Assembly (NCBI GenBank): GCA_040437565.1
Contig: JBDOQK010000008.1
Span: 558,001 to 622,000 of the forward strand
Direction of reading: 5' to 3'
Length of the DNA: 64,000 bases
From: Albugo candida
Taxonomy: Eukaryota
Shown: piece by piece, positions 12,155 to 23,038 of the stretch
Layout of the letters: each line of letters begins with the position of its first letter
How positions within the stretch are numbered: position 1 is the first letter of the stretch
Translations under genes and position numbers: made by a program
Notes under the pieces: model-generated
Told to the model about the DNA's origin: nothing
Databases searched by the model: none
What the model saw: the letters and a program-made list of their open reading frames with translations, nothing else

Positions 12155-12883
12155 TCAATGACTATCGTTAAACCAGTTTTCCAGCTCTAAAAGCGCGTTC
12201 CTATCGAGTGACACTTTTCGGCGCACTTTTGGATGAAAAGAATTGTAATCACACGTTTCCCGAGCCGTTCCGATCGACGCGGCCACGCTACTGCATAGAC
12301 TTGCTCCATGTACCTTTGAGGCATTTTCATAAGGATATGGCTTACTGCTCGAACGCTGACTTTTGTATACGCTTTCACTTGCAACGTATGATGTGGCAAA
12401 TGAGCTTAATGTTCTATTGCTCGTTCTGAGGTCATCAACAGATAATTCGTTTGAATTTGCTTTAGGCCATCGAGTACGGTTTTTAAGACCGGAAGTTTTC
12501 GTGCGACGTAAGAGGGCGCATTGAGACCTCCAGTTCTTCTTTCGTACTTCCTGAGTAGGCTTTAGAAGTCTACATTTATTAAATCGCATTCCGTTGTGAT
12601 GGCTGTCGATGGGTGTACGAGGCGGAAGCGTTTTGAACGACGCAAGTGAGTGATTTTGACTGTCAATATCGGACGGTAATAAAATTGTACTTGATCGATT
12701 TCTGGCGTTATTCTCATTTTGGAGTAGATGACGTGTTTTTTCGGCTTCGAGGCGGAAAATATGTTCCAAAGCGGTAGTCGGACGCATCGCGCACGTGCAA
12801 TTAGACTTTCGATTTTGACATTCTGTGCATGTTCGTAGCCAAACAAACATATTGAAATCATTCCATTTGAGTTGCATGGACAT
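12155..12883 (-). CDS. Hypothetical basic protein with an N-terminal CxxC-x6-CxC motif (5' end duplicated across gap 12931-13030)
   Basis: About 240-codon open frame starting MSMQLKWNDFNMFVWLRTCTECQNRKSNCTC; no family recognised and the start is uncertain. Confidence 0.45.
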   Translation of the reverse strand: MSMQLKWNDFNMFVWLRTCTECQNRKSNCTCAMRPTTALEHIFRLEAEKTRHLLQNENNARNRSSTILLPSDIDSQNHSLASFKTLPPRTPIDSHHNGMRFNKCRLLKPTQEVRKKNWRSQCALLRRTKTSGLKNRTRWPKANSNELSVDDLRTSNRTLSSFATSYVASESVYKSQRSSSKPYPYENASKVHGASLCSSVAASIGTARETCDYNSFHPKVRRKVSLDRNALLELENWFNDSH

Positions 12884-13567
12884 GAAGATGACACACACTC
12901 TTTCCGACAATGAGGACTATGGGAAATGAANNNNNNNNNNNNNNNNNNNNNNNNNNNNNNNNNNNNNNNNNNNNNNNNNNNNNNNNNNNNNNNNNNNNNN
13001 NNNNNNNNNNNNNNNNNNNNNNNNNNNNNNTCATTTTGGAGTAGATGACGTGTTTTTTCGGCTTCGAGGCGGAAAATATGTTCCAAAGCGGTAGTCGGAC
13101 GCATCGCGCACGTGCAATTAGACTTTCGATTTTGACATTCTGTGCATGTTCGTAGCCAAACAAACATATTGAAATCATTCCATTTGAGTTGCATGGACAT
13201 GAAGATGACACACACTCTTTCCGACAATGAGGACTATGGGAAATGAAGCGAGAATTCGTTGACACTCTTCATCAGTCTCCTCTTACTTGTCACTCGAGAC
13301 AAAGTCAGACCGAGGAAGTAGAGGCTTGACATCTTCACGATACAGAAGCCAAGTATTAGAAAGGCGATGGCGTTAACGTATAGTTGGTACAAGCCTTAAT
13401 ATATTTCAGAGTGTATATAGAAAATAAGGTTTGGTTGAGTTCTATGGAACACTCTTCGCTTCCGTATTTCTAGCTGTGTGTGCTGATACGAGTTTAAGCA
13501 CTACGAACAGCTCAGGAAATTGAGCCGGAGATTTTCACATTGAACAAGTTTCTGCAGAACGTATATT

Positions 13568-13600
13568 GACTTGACTTGACTTGACTTCTTTCTTTCTTTC
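13568..13600. repeat. Compound microsatellite (GACTT)4 followed by (CTTT)n
   Basis: gacttgacttgacttgacttctttctttctttc seen directly. Confidence 0.8.
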
Positions 13601-13905
13601 GAATTGCAGTATTACTGAAGAAATGGGACACGGAGCATAAGATCTCCTGACGCCACTCAATCACTATTGGTGAAACGATCTTTCATGAACGTGGAGTATG
13701 CATACAGCTGTGAGGTCAATAGCGTCGGAGAAAGTATTATATGAACGCGTCTGCACATTGAATAGTTGCACAAAAGTCGAGTTTACGCGGTCTGATATCA
13801 GTTAACTTCTTGATAGAAACTAGCTGTTCGTAAGATTTGTGGCGCAGTTACAGGATAAAATTATCTCAGCTAATCGATCGCCAAATGAGCAAGAGCAAGA
13901 GCAAC

Positions 13906-15792
13906 CTACTCATTATCGTTAATGAGGATTTCCATTCCGTCCTGAAGTCCAAAATATGCGATTGACGCGTAATCGTCTTCTTCCATCGGTAGCGGCATAC
14001 TCTACACAACAATTAGTATATGATGATCAGAGCTTGAAAACTTACCTTTGGGTCTGTGCGGAATGTAAGTCGCTGTTTTTCGGTAGGAACGCCGCTTTGT
14101 TTGAAGATGAATGTTTTCAGCTGATGCATTGGCATTTCCTCCGGAATTTTTTTTTCGAAAGAATCGAATGAGGTTGCGAGCATCGACATTGGCGAAAACT
14201 TTAGACGTATCAGGCCTCTCGATGGAGGTAGCTCGTCGCGCGGGTTTGCGGACGTCGATCGAGATATCTGGAGATCTGGGTAGCGTGCTTTCAATTCCGC
14301 AAAGCGAGGATGGATCATCACAACTCGCTCTACTTCATGCTCGATGATTTCCTTCGAGCTGTCGAGATTTTTTATGACTGCGATTTCGCGCCAAATGCGT
14401 TGCAGGTACATACGTTCATCATCTTGTCGTTCTCGTTCGCGTACTTGGCTTCCATTGTACTGTTTGAGATTTCCAACGCGAGCGATAATGAGCTAGAAAA
14501 AAAAAATAAGACACCGAAAATCACAGAGTCAGAGCAAGTACCATGCGAGCTTCGGCGGGACTCATTTGAGCAATAAGCGGCGCATTGCTGAATCTGAATG
14601 TTTCCAATACGGGAAACTCATTTAGAGCATCAATCGAGCGCCAGGAATCAATCTCAGAATTTGTTATTGACAACGTCTTCAGTTTTTGAAATGAAACCGG
14701 TTTTGGTGGTGTGACCAGAGTTGAAATTTTCGTATCGTTTAAGATAATTTTTTTTAAAACGGGCAAGGGTCCGAATGTATCGGCAAGAATGGACCAGGTC
14801 GATATGGTGTTATTGGAAAGATCCAAGACGCGCAGACATGTCAAATGAGACTTCAAGTTGAGGATGAGATTCAAATCTTCATCTTGAAGGCCATTTTCAC
14901 AAAAATAAAGTTCTTCCAGGAAGGGGAAGCTGGATACCACACGCTGAATCAAAATGTTCCAAGGAAGCAGAGTTTTGTTGAGTGCCAACACTTTGAGCTC
15001 AGGAAAGCTCGGAGAGGTATCAGAAGCAAAATCACTTTCAGGAATATGGAACCGATTGCCGTTGAGATTCAAGATTTTGAGGCTAGGAAGCTCTTGGAGG
15101 ATATCGAGTATCTGCTGCCACGAGTGAAGCAGATTGAAAGACAAATTGAGCTCTTGGAGTTTGGGTGCGATAAATCGCAGACTCAGATCACATTCGACCC
15201 CGATGGAAGCAATTCGTGATTGCACAAGAGTAGCCTGCTCCAAGACCTCCAGCTTCTGCTGTGAACGAATCTTTTGAGCTCCTACAAGCTCAATTGGTTT
15301 TGTTGCTCCTTTGGAGCTTGTTGGAACGCGCTCAATCACAACAACATCGTTTGTCTGATTCCAATCACTCTGAGGAACCTGATTTGTATCATCAGAAATT
15401 TCAGAATCAGATTGCGCGTATCGTTTGAAAAGCGCTTGTATCAGAGTTTGACGTTCGAAGGCACCTTCTTTTTCCAAATTAGAGGCCTCTATAAAGGAGC
15501 AACTGTGCTGCTTTGTCTTCGTGAAGTATTGGATGCGTTTATTGGTGGTAGGATCTACAATGCTGCCATCCTGAGATTCTAAATCTGTATCGTTCCGCTC
15601 ATCATCCCACTCAATTCCTAAGAATTCAAAGACGTTAAAAATTGCCTGAATGGAGAGAATAGAATCGTTCGGCTTACCGTGATATATTGCAGAGGGATCC
15701 GTTGAAGTCACTATTGGACCTATGTAGCGAACAGTCCCAAATTCGCCTTTTGAGTCTTGAATGCGATCTCCGATACGAATAAGCTCCGCCAT
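13906..15792 (-). CDS. TBCE: Tubulin-specific chaperone E (CAP-Gly + LRR + ubiquitin-like)
   Basis: GTVRYIG...GIEWD CAP-Gly-like start, KPIELVG, several LxxLxLxxN LRRs, and a C-terminal Ubl exon ending SIAYFGLQDGMEILINDNE*. Confidence 0.9.
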
Positions 15793-16039
15793 TCCGGGTG
15801 TACCTTTTAGTTACGTTCGCATTGCAAGAGCGTATTTACTGTTAATCACGATCCGAGAGATGACCTTATGTAGAGATGGTCACNNNNNNNNNNNNNNNNN
15901 NNNNNNNNNNNNNNNNNNNNNNNNNNNNNNNNNNNNNNNNNNNNNNNNNNNNNNNNNNNNNNNNNNNNNNNNNNNNNNNNNNNGACCTTATGTAGAGATG
16001 GTCACGGTATGCAAATTTGATGGAAATAACGAAAAAGAG

Positions 16040-17334
16040 TCAATTTCTTTGTAAGATAATATCAAAATTCAGATACTTTTCGTAATGTCTGGCGCATTCC
16101 AAGACTCGATCGCGATCATTGGCGCTAAATTTGGCTGTTGGGATGCAACTTGTTAGTGCGTATTTGGTATACATATCAATGCACGTATACCTGTATGTTG
16201 CGTGATGAGCTCCATGGCTTTAACAGTTTCCATCGGAGCATACAAAACAGGAGCTGAAGATTGCTGTATGATATCCATTATGTAATTTTGTGGCTGGTCT
16301 ACAGGTGGTACACCCGTCAGAACTAGTCCACCAGTGAAGCATTTTCCCGTCTTGAACTCGTAATTCTGAGCATGTGATAGAAATCCTAGAATGATGTCAT
16401 TACGGGATGCATGAGTCACAAACAGCGTGTCATCGAACAAATTGGAGGATAGTTTGACGAGAAATCGCCGAAGACCCGAGGTTACTAAAGATACCCGATT
16501 ATACTTTTGTACTCTTCGAGCTTCACCGGAGAGTAAGTCGGTCTTGAATAGCGCTTCATAGTCCAGCATGCTCGATCGGGCAATTGAAGGAAGGTTGGGT
16601 ACAACACCAATAAGCGGAACCTTCCATTCGGCCAATGCTCGTGGAAAGTATTCCCACATCATGTCTACTTTAGCAGGAAGCACTTTATTGAGAATGACTC
16701 CACGCACTTGGACGCCGTATGATTTGCACATGTGATAATTAAGCGCCAAATCGTCAAAAGAAGAACCGATACCACCATTTGCAATTAGGATAATATCGAT
16801 CCCCAATTCAGCCGCAATGCGAGCATTGTTAATATTGACAATAGAGCCGACACCAGTGTGGCCTGTACCTTCAACTAATGTGAACTAAAATGAAATCCTG
16901 TCAGAAAAGTTGAAAGTAAGGCGGAAGCAGTGTATTACATCGTTCTTTTCTGCGATACACGTGAAACTCTTCTTGATTTGATGCAGTTGTGTTTCCAGCG
17001 TGATTTTCCCATCCAAATATTGCTTTGTGTAACCAGGTGGAATCACAATTGGCGACATATCGCGATACTCGCATGTTGGCAATCCAAATATCTCTAGAAA
17101 TATGTGATGATGAAGAGTTTTGATTGCCTGGACTTTCGAGGTACCTTTTGCTACGACGACGTCTTTATCAACTCGCAAATTATTCTCTAAGACTACGCTT
17201 TGCTGACCTACAGGTTTGAGGAATCCAATACGCTTACAGCGATTAGTTAGACCCTGTAAGAGTCCCAAACATGTGCTCGTTTTGCCGACATGTTGGCGGG
17301 TAGCTGCAACGTAGACGGCGGCCTTCGAGTGCAT
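16040..17334 (-). CDS. Stand-alone BioD-like (AAA_26) + DRTGG-like protein, equivalent to the N-terminal region of phosphotransacetylase without the catalytic PTA domain
   Basis: Spliced protein: VYVAATRQHVGKTSTCLGL (P-loop), GFLKPVGQ, VEGTGHTGVGSIV, GVILNKV, VTHASRNDIILG (DRTGG-like), GLVLTG; ends ...HYEKYLNFDIILQRN*. Confidence 0.85.
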
Positions 17335-17554
17335 ATCCGTTAAAGGCTGATGAATTGATAGGAGAGCCGTTAAGTGGTATAAATCCAATTGTGCTTGAAC
17401 AACTTGTACTTCAGAGNNNNNNNNNNNNNNNNNNNNNNNNNNNNNNNNNNNNNNNNNNNNNNNNNNNNNNNNNNNNNNNNNNNNNNNNNNNNNNNNNNNN
17501 NNNNNNNNNNNNNNNNAAATCCAATTGTGCTTGAACAACTTGTACTTCAGAGAT

Positions 17555-19711
17555 ATGACTGATTTCGGAATAAATCGATTACGTCGACGCTCATTCGTCG
17601 AGAGTAGCGAAGAGGAAGATATCATTGCAGTATCCAGCACGTTCTCAAGTGTAACCGCTATTACCACTGACGATCATGTGAGTGGAGCTCACGTTAATCA
17701 CGGTGTAGCTCACACACTTTTTCGTGGAGCGCTGCATGAACCGATCGGAACTAATAAACACAATCGACACAACGCGTTCAATAACCGACTTCCAATTCCG
17801 ATCGCAAAGAGACTTTCACAATGCGCGTGGACAAAAACAAGCGATTTCCGTCATAGATTGTACCGATCGTATCGAATGGGTTACAGGATCATTCTTTGGG
17901 ATCCATTTCATTCAATGATTCTCACTATGATCGCGTATTTGTTAAAGTTACTTACATGCATGAAACAGTACGTTATTGGTGCGTTTTATGTAATCTTGCG
18001 GAGAAGAAGATCGAGCAGTGAACAGAAAGATAACGAGCATTGGACCATCCGCTTGTCATCATATGCATACGAAAACAATTGGCTCACAATGGCTGCGTTC
18101 TTCTTACTTTGCCTACAAGCTATCTGTTTGTTATTTCAAATTGAGAATTTTCATCTTCATGTTGAGGATTGTCAATATCAAGTCGAGATGATTTCAGGAT
18201 TGCCGACCTCATCTATCCGTCTAAGAGATCAATGGAATTTTGCTGGACCACAAAGCCTTACTGATGCTGCAAAGACCATGCTCAATCGCAAGACTTCTTC
18301 AGAAAGTCCTCTCACCAACGCCATATCCGCTTCCAGGATCTCCAGCTCGCAAACGACCTCAATACGATATCTCCAGCAGCGCTTTGACCTGCTGCCTTAT
18401 GATCACACCGATTTCTATGAGCTTTCTACCTGCATCGTACTCAAACCCCAAACAGAGTTTTTTGGGGCAGCAAATGATATTGCATACTTCCTTCCGCGCA
18501 GTCGGCTTACAATGTCAAAGTCCGAAATGAACAATCGTCATGTATTTTGGCATGGAAATGTCTTGAAATCAAAGCGTTCCGGCTTGAATATATCGAATGA
18601 GCCATTCCAAAGCCGATTCGAATGGACTTTCCAGTCGCGGCCCTCTCACTTCTATAGAGATGAAAATACCCAGCGTGTTTACGCCACATACATTCCTCTC
18701 CATTCCTTTCATCGCGATCTTTTTCCCACGTATTATCCGGATATCATATTTGTCAAAAGTATCGCCGCACTAGAAAAAATGCAAAAATTCCGACATTTGG
18801 AACGTGAGAAGTACGCTCAACTCGCTCGTGAATCAGACAATGAAGAGTATTCCGACAATCGAATGGCTGAATTGAACTATGCGCAGTCACGATCTCAATT
18901 TGGTATATACTTTGTATCTCTTGCCGGTAGCGTTCCAGATATATACGACCCGTCGATTCGTAAAGACTGGGACGCATTCTTACACGTCGTAGTGGCCCGA
19001 TCAAAGGAAGAGCAACAGTGGACAACTCACATCCTCACATTATGGGCCGAACACCCCGAGTGGCCCAGACTCGTTCTTCGTGTCACTGACCTCGATGAGT
19101 TTGACCTCGATGAGTTTGACCTCGAGTCACGAGCCTCATTGTGTGCGTTGTACGAAAAGCTTATAGAGGATCAAAGTGTCACAAACGTTGATTTTGATTG
19201 TTCATGGGATGCGTCCCATTCGACCGCATTGCGAAAATTGAAAAATGAAATTGGATTGCATCTATTTCCTGCGCCTTTGGATGCATCAGATACAGAAGAG
19301 GATATGGTGATGCAAAGTGCAGCAGTTGGTGCGATACCCATTGTTTTCAATTCGGTGCTTATGGCCGAATATATTCCCTCTGGTTGCGGCATTCGAATCG
19401 GTCAAATCGCTCCCAACGACTCAGACTCAAAGACGAGTGATGAAATGAGACTCCCATCAGTTTTGGTTGATTCAAAAGACGTTTTGGAAGGGATTGAAGC
19501 TGCCCAGCGACTTTCTCGATCGCATCGCGTGCGAATGGGTCGTGCCTCTCGGACACAATACTTGAAGATAAGGACTGAGTTTTTGACGGCTATAGCGGCT
19601 CTGGATACGGCGATTTGTGACCAACATATAAAGGCGATGACAGACTCTGGTGAAGAGAAACGAAGCCATCGTCAAGTGGATTTAAAACGACTTGAGGCGT
19701 TTTTGTCTTGA
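17555..19711 (+). CDS. Membrane-anchored protein with a divergent GT-B (GT4-like) glycosyltransferase C-terminal domain
   Basis: Long intronless ORF with hydrophobic N-terminal segments. C-terminal DWDAFLHV...WAEHPEWPRL...GLHLFP...QSAAVGAIPIVFNSVLMAEYIP resembles the Glycos_transf_1 core but has no EGFG motif. Confidence 0.6.
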   Translation: MTDFGINRLRRRSFVESSEEEDIIAVSSTFSSVTAITTDDHVSGAHVNHGVAHTLFRGALHEPIGTNKHNRHNAFNNRLPIPIAKRLSQCAWTKTSDFRHRLYRSYRMGYRIILWDPFHSMILTMIAYLLKLLTCMKQYVIGAFYVILRRRRSSSEQKDNEHWTIRLSSYAYENNWLTMAAFFLLCLQAICLLFQIENFHLHVEDCQYQVEMISGLPTSSIRLRDQWNFAGPQSLTDAAKTMLNRKTSSESPLTNAISASRISSSQTTSIRYLQQRFDLLPYDHTDFYELSTCIVLKPQTEFFGAANDIAYFLPRSRLTMSKSEMNNRHVFWHGNVLKSKRSGLNISNEPFQSRFEWTFQSRPSHFYRDENTQRVYATYIPLHSFHRDLFPTYYPDIIFVKSIAALEKMQKFRHLEREKYAQLARESDNEEYSDNRMAELNYAQSRSQFGIYFVSLAGSVPDIYDPSIRKDWDAFLHVVVARSKEEQQWTTHILTLWAEHPEWPRLVLRVTDLDEFDLDEFDLESRASLCALYEKLIEDQSVTNVDFDCSWDASHSTALRKLKNEIGLHLFPAPLDASDTEEDMVMQSAAVGAIPIVFNSVLMAEYIPSGCGIRIGQIAPNDSDSKTSDEMRLPSVLVDSKDVLEGIEAAQRLSRSHRVRMGRASRTQYLKIRTEFLTAIAALDTAICDQHIKAMTDSGEEKRSHRQVDLKRLEAFLS
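19088..19125. repeat. In-frame 15-bp tandem repeat (GACCTCGATGAGTTT x2.5; encodes DLDEF DLDEF DLE)
   Basis: Exact tandem copies seen directly. Confidence 0.9.
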
Positions 19712-19931
19712 AAATCAACAGTTGTGTTGAGTATAAGTTAAAGCAGGTTATGTAATGCCAAGGTGGAGAGTCGGGACGATTTTCGAGTCACTGTCGTATA
19801 TTAGTAAAACGACCATAGAACTCGCATGATGAGATATACAGTTATATTCATTTGAACAAGTTTTTTCGATTATGGAGCCGAAATTGAATTAACGGAAACG
19901 AGCGATTGGCGCAAAGTCGTATGCGCTTCAT

Positions 19932-20492
19932 ATGCAGAATTCTTCCGCCGACGCGGATGAAAGAAAGATCCACCGAAAAAAATGGTCACTCGTATGGCTA
20001 CTTGATCACAGCTGGTCCATTGCTTTTTTCGTTTCCAGCCTAATTGGGACGTATGAAGTCAAGCTGATTCAAATCATCGTCCATGATGCAAACAAAATGA
20101 CCGATTGCGGCGTTATTGCGAGCGCGATTGTGTTTTTCATCAGTTTATACATCGAATTGTATCGTTCAGCATACTTACGCGAGAAAGTGTCATACCAAAG
20201 CACTAAAACGGCGACTCATTCGATGCTTTTATTTCTTTTCTTAGCAGGAATCAGGTGCAGATCATATTTCTCAGAATTCTGATTCGTCGTACCTGATGTT
20301 TCCTTTCACAGCTTTCTTTTTGGTTTGTGGCCAATTTGGCAATGGCTTACGATTCCGTATTTGTTTATGGCCTTTTGGGGCATTCTGATCCAATCGATTA
20401 TTCTCTTTCCCGTTTGGATTCAACGAATTATGTTCGGAATAGGTTTCTCATTATTTCTTCGCGCTTACGTGCTAGCGAAACTCTCTTCTTAA
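19932..20492 (+). CDS. Small multi-pass membrane protein, possibly TMEM128-like (2 exons, intron 20255-20311)
   Basis: Splicing restores the frame ...LFLFLAGIS|FLFGLWPIWQWLTIPYLFMAFWG...AKLSS*; several hydrophobic helices. Confidence 0.65.
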
Positions 20493-20520
20493 AGTGGCCA
20501 CATGCGCCGTCTTAAAAAAA

Positions 20521-22740
20521 TCATTTTCTTTCGTCTAAAGCGCAAATTGCGCTCAAATCATTTTGATTACAAGTCGGAAAATCGAATATGCTCGTCTTTG
20601 GAGCAGTGAGGACACGAACACTTCCCGAGCTCAATATATCAATCTGGTAAGGTCCGATGCTTCCCGGAAGCAGACAGTCGAAAAGGGCGGGATCTTGACC
20701 GTCAGAATAGCCGACAAGTGCTGACGAAGCGTTGGATGGAACCGATGCAACACCCAACATGTACTTTCCTTGGGTTAGTGCTACGGCCAAGTAGGGATCT
20801 CGGGCACTTGTGGATCCATCACTTTGTCCTTGATTTTGTAGCGCGTCGTCATTCGACGCGAGAAGCGTTCCGTCTTTGTCAAAAAGATACAAGACGGCGT
20901 CCACATATCCCGCTTTGCAATCACCATTCAGATCTTCGAAAGTTCCATCATCGGACACTTCAACAGACAGCACATCAAACGCCACCTTTGCGTCTTGAGC
21001 GAGAGAGAATATATACTGATCCACGCTCACCACACGAGTGTTCGCCACCAACTTTGTAACTAATACTCCATGCGTTTTATACTGGCTTGTCAATACTGCC
21101 GACGCTGTCGTTGCAGGCGAAAATGGTGGAATATTGTCACGATTGTTGGAGTTGGGTGATGTCGCTGCCATCTGAGGGAGAATTCCAAGATCCCTCATAT
21201 CTTGCACAATCTGGTATGATGGAATTCCGGTATTTGAACAGAAAGACCCGCAATGGNNNNNNNNNNNNNNNNNNNNNNNNNNNNNNNNNNNNNNNNNNNN
21301 NNNNNNNNNNNNNNNNNNNNNNNNNNNNNNNNNNNNNNNNNNNNNNNNNNNNNNNNGCGAAAATGGTGGAATATTGTCACGATTGTTGGAGTTGGGTGAT
21401 GTCGCTGCCATCTCAGGGAGAATTCCAAGATCCCTCATATCTTGCACAATCTGGTATGATGGAATTCCGGTATTTGAACAGAAAGACCCGCAATGGTGAA
21501 GCCCGACGACACTGTAATCTTTAACGGAGATAACGGGTGAACCGGAAGAACCGGCCTGCGTATCACCGGTGTACGAGTATCCGTTACTGAAGTTGCAACC
21601 GGAAGCCCGCGCGCCAGTGACAACGAGGCTATTGTTGAAATCATCGATCATGGCAATGCGTTTGCCGTAGTACAATGGATATTGAGGAATGTAAATGGGC
21701 TCCCCGGCAGCAACAGGACTTGATTGTAGCCTCAAAAACCCGTACTTCTTCGTGACATTTACATTTGTCTGGAGAGCTACGAGCGTGTAATCAAGTGCGA
21801 CACTTGTGTGTATAAAATTCGTCGCAATTGCTTCGACCACTCCTGGACAAGTACCCCATGCCTCACATGATTGATCACATGCGGTTGCGTCAGCCATAAA
21901 CTCAACTGTCGTGGATTGTGCGTCATTTTCATTCGATATGCAGTGATTGTTTGTCAGCAAATGCCCTTCCGATCCAACAAGCCAACCTGTGCACGCTGCC
22001 AACTCGCCAGAACTCTTTTGAATCAATAAACGCGCAACCGGCTGGGCGTTCAAATAAGCCATCCGCGTAGAAGCATTCGTATAAGTACAAATCGCTTCCT
22101 CCGTGTTGTCGCTGGCACAAATCGATTCACGACCTGATCCAGCTGTAGCAGTCGAAGAAATCGCGCTGAAGAAAAAACGATCGATAGAAAATCCGTAACA
22201 TGATTTTGAAGGTGCTACGCTAACGATGTCATCCATGGAAACCGGTCTAAGTAATTCCGATTCACCGGACATGTTCCGATTCGCGTGCGCGGCATATCTC
22301 CAGTTGGAAAAGTAGAATTCAATGCGAAATTGTCGTGCAAAGACCGGTTGCGTGTAAACATTGGTATACCGCACGCCGCTCGAAAATGTAGTGGCTGAAA
22401 CATTGAAAAGCTCATCTTGTTTCCCAGGTAAGTGCGCGCTCCGTAACAACAAATAAACATCGGATGGAAGATATAACGCCTCAAAGTGAAGTGCAATGTA
22501 TGCGTATGACGAGCTGTTTGTGATTGTGTAGGCCAAAAATGGTGTCGGGATCGAACGTGCTTCACGACTGAAACCATCGATAGAAGCGGCTTCCATACGC
22601 TTCCAATGCATTGCAAACTCTGAGCAATTGACGCTAATACTAAGTGTCTTTATATGAGAGTGTTGCGCAAGCGCATTATACAAACCACCCTTCACAAAGA
22701 TGGCGGCGATTCCAAAGAAACATGTCTGCATGAACAGCAT
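20521..22740 (-). CDS. Secreted trypsin-like (S1, lysyl/glutamyl-endopeptidase-type) serine protease with a C-terminal PPC/DVUA0089-like domain
   Basis: Hydrophobic N-terminus; triad motifs CTGWLVG..LLTNNHC (H), LDYTLV (D), GDTQAGSSGSPV (S); C-terminal DAVLYLFDKDGTLLASNDD...DPYLAVAL..GKYMLGV. The gap at 21257-21356 duplicates about 140 bp. Confidence 0.88.
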   Translation of the reverse strand: MLFMQTCFFGIAAIFVKGGLYNALAQHSHIKTLSISVNCSEFAMHWKRMEAASIDGFSREARSIPTPFLAYTITNSSSYAYIALHFEALYLPSDVYLLLRSAHLPGKQDELFNVSATTFSSGVRYTNVYTQPVFARQFRIEFYFSNWRYAAHANRNMSGESELLRPVSMDDIVSVAPSKSCYGFSIDRFFFSAISSTATAGSGRESICASDNTEEAICTYTNASTRMAYLNAQPVARLLIQKSSGELAACTGWLVGSEGHLLTNNHCISNENDAQSTTVEFMADATACDQSCEAWGTCPGVVEAIATNFIHTSVALDYTLVALQTNVNVTKKYGFLRLQSSPVAAGEPIYIPQYPLYYGKRIAMIDDFNNSLVVTGARASGCNFSNGYSYTGDTQAGSSGSPVISVKDYSVVGLHHCGSFCSNTGIPSYQIVQDMRDLGILPEMAATSPNSNNRDNIPPFSXXXXXXXXXXXXXXXXXXXXXXXXXXXXXXXXXXHCGSFCSNTGIPSYQIVQDMRDLGILPQMAATSPNSNNRDNIPPFSPATTASAVLTSQYKTHGVLVTKLVANTRVVSVDQYIFSLAQDAKVAFDVLSVEVSDDGTFEDLNGDCKAGYVDAVLYLFDKDGTLLASNDDALQNQGQSDGSTSARDPYLAVALTQGKYMLGVASVPSNASSALVGYSDGQDPALFDCLLPGSIGPYQIDILSSGSVRVLTAPKTSIFDFPTCNQNDLSAICALDERK

Positions 22741-23038
22741 GGCAGCAACGAATCGCAGCACTTATTCGACGTTTGGTAGTGGACAGGCGACGCTCCATGT
22801 GGCACCCGTTCAAACATCGGTCTAAAAGGCTAAGCACCTTCCACTCGAAATATAACGTTTTGACCTCCAAAATCGTGCAATAATAGCCAGAAATGTCGCC
22901 TCGTCATTGATCGTTGCGAGTATTTGTGCCGGTTCCGACTCTCAAATGTATTGTAGTATGCATTTTGAACAATCAATGTCCAAGTATTTATGAAGTAACG
23001 CAAAGAACTTTTGCGGCAAGCACACACATCGAATCGAA

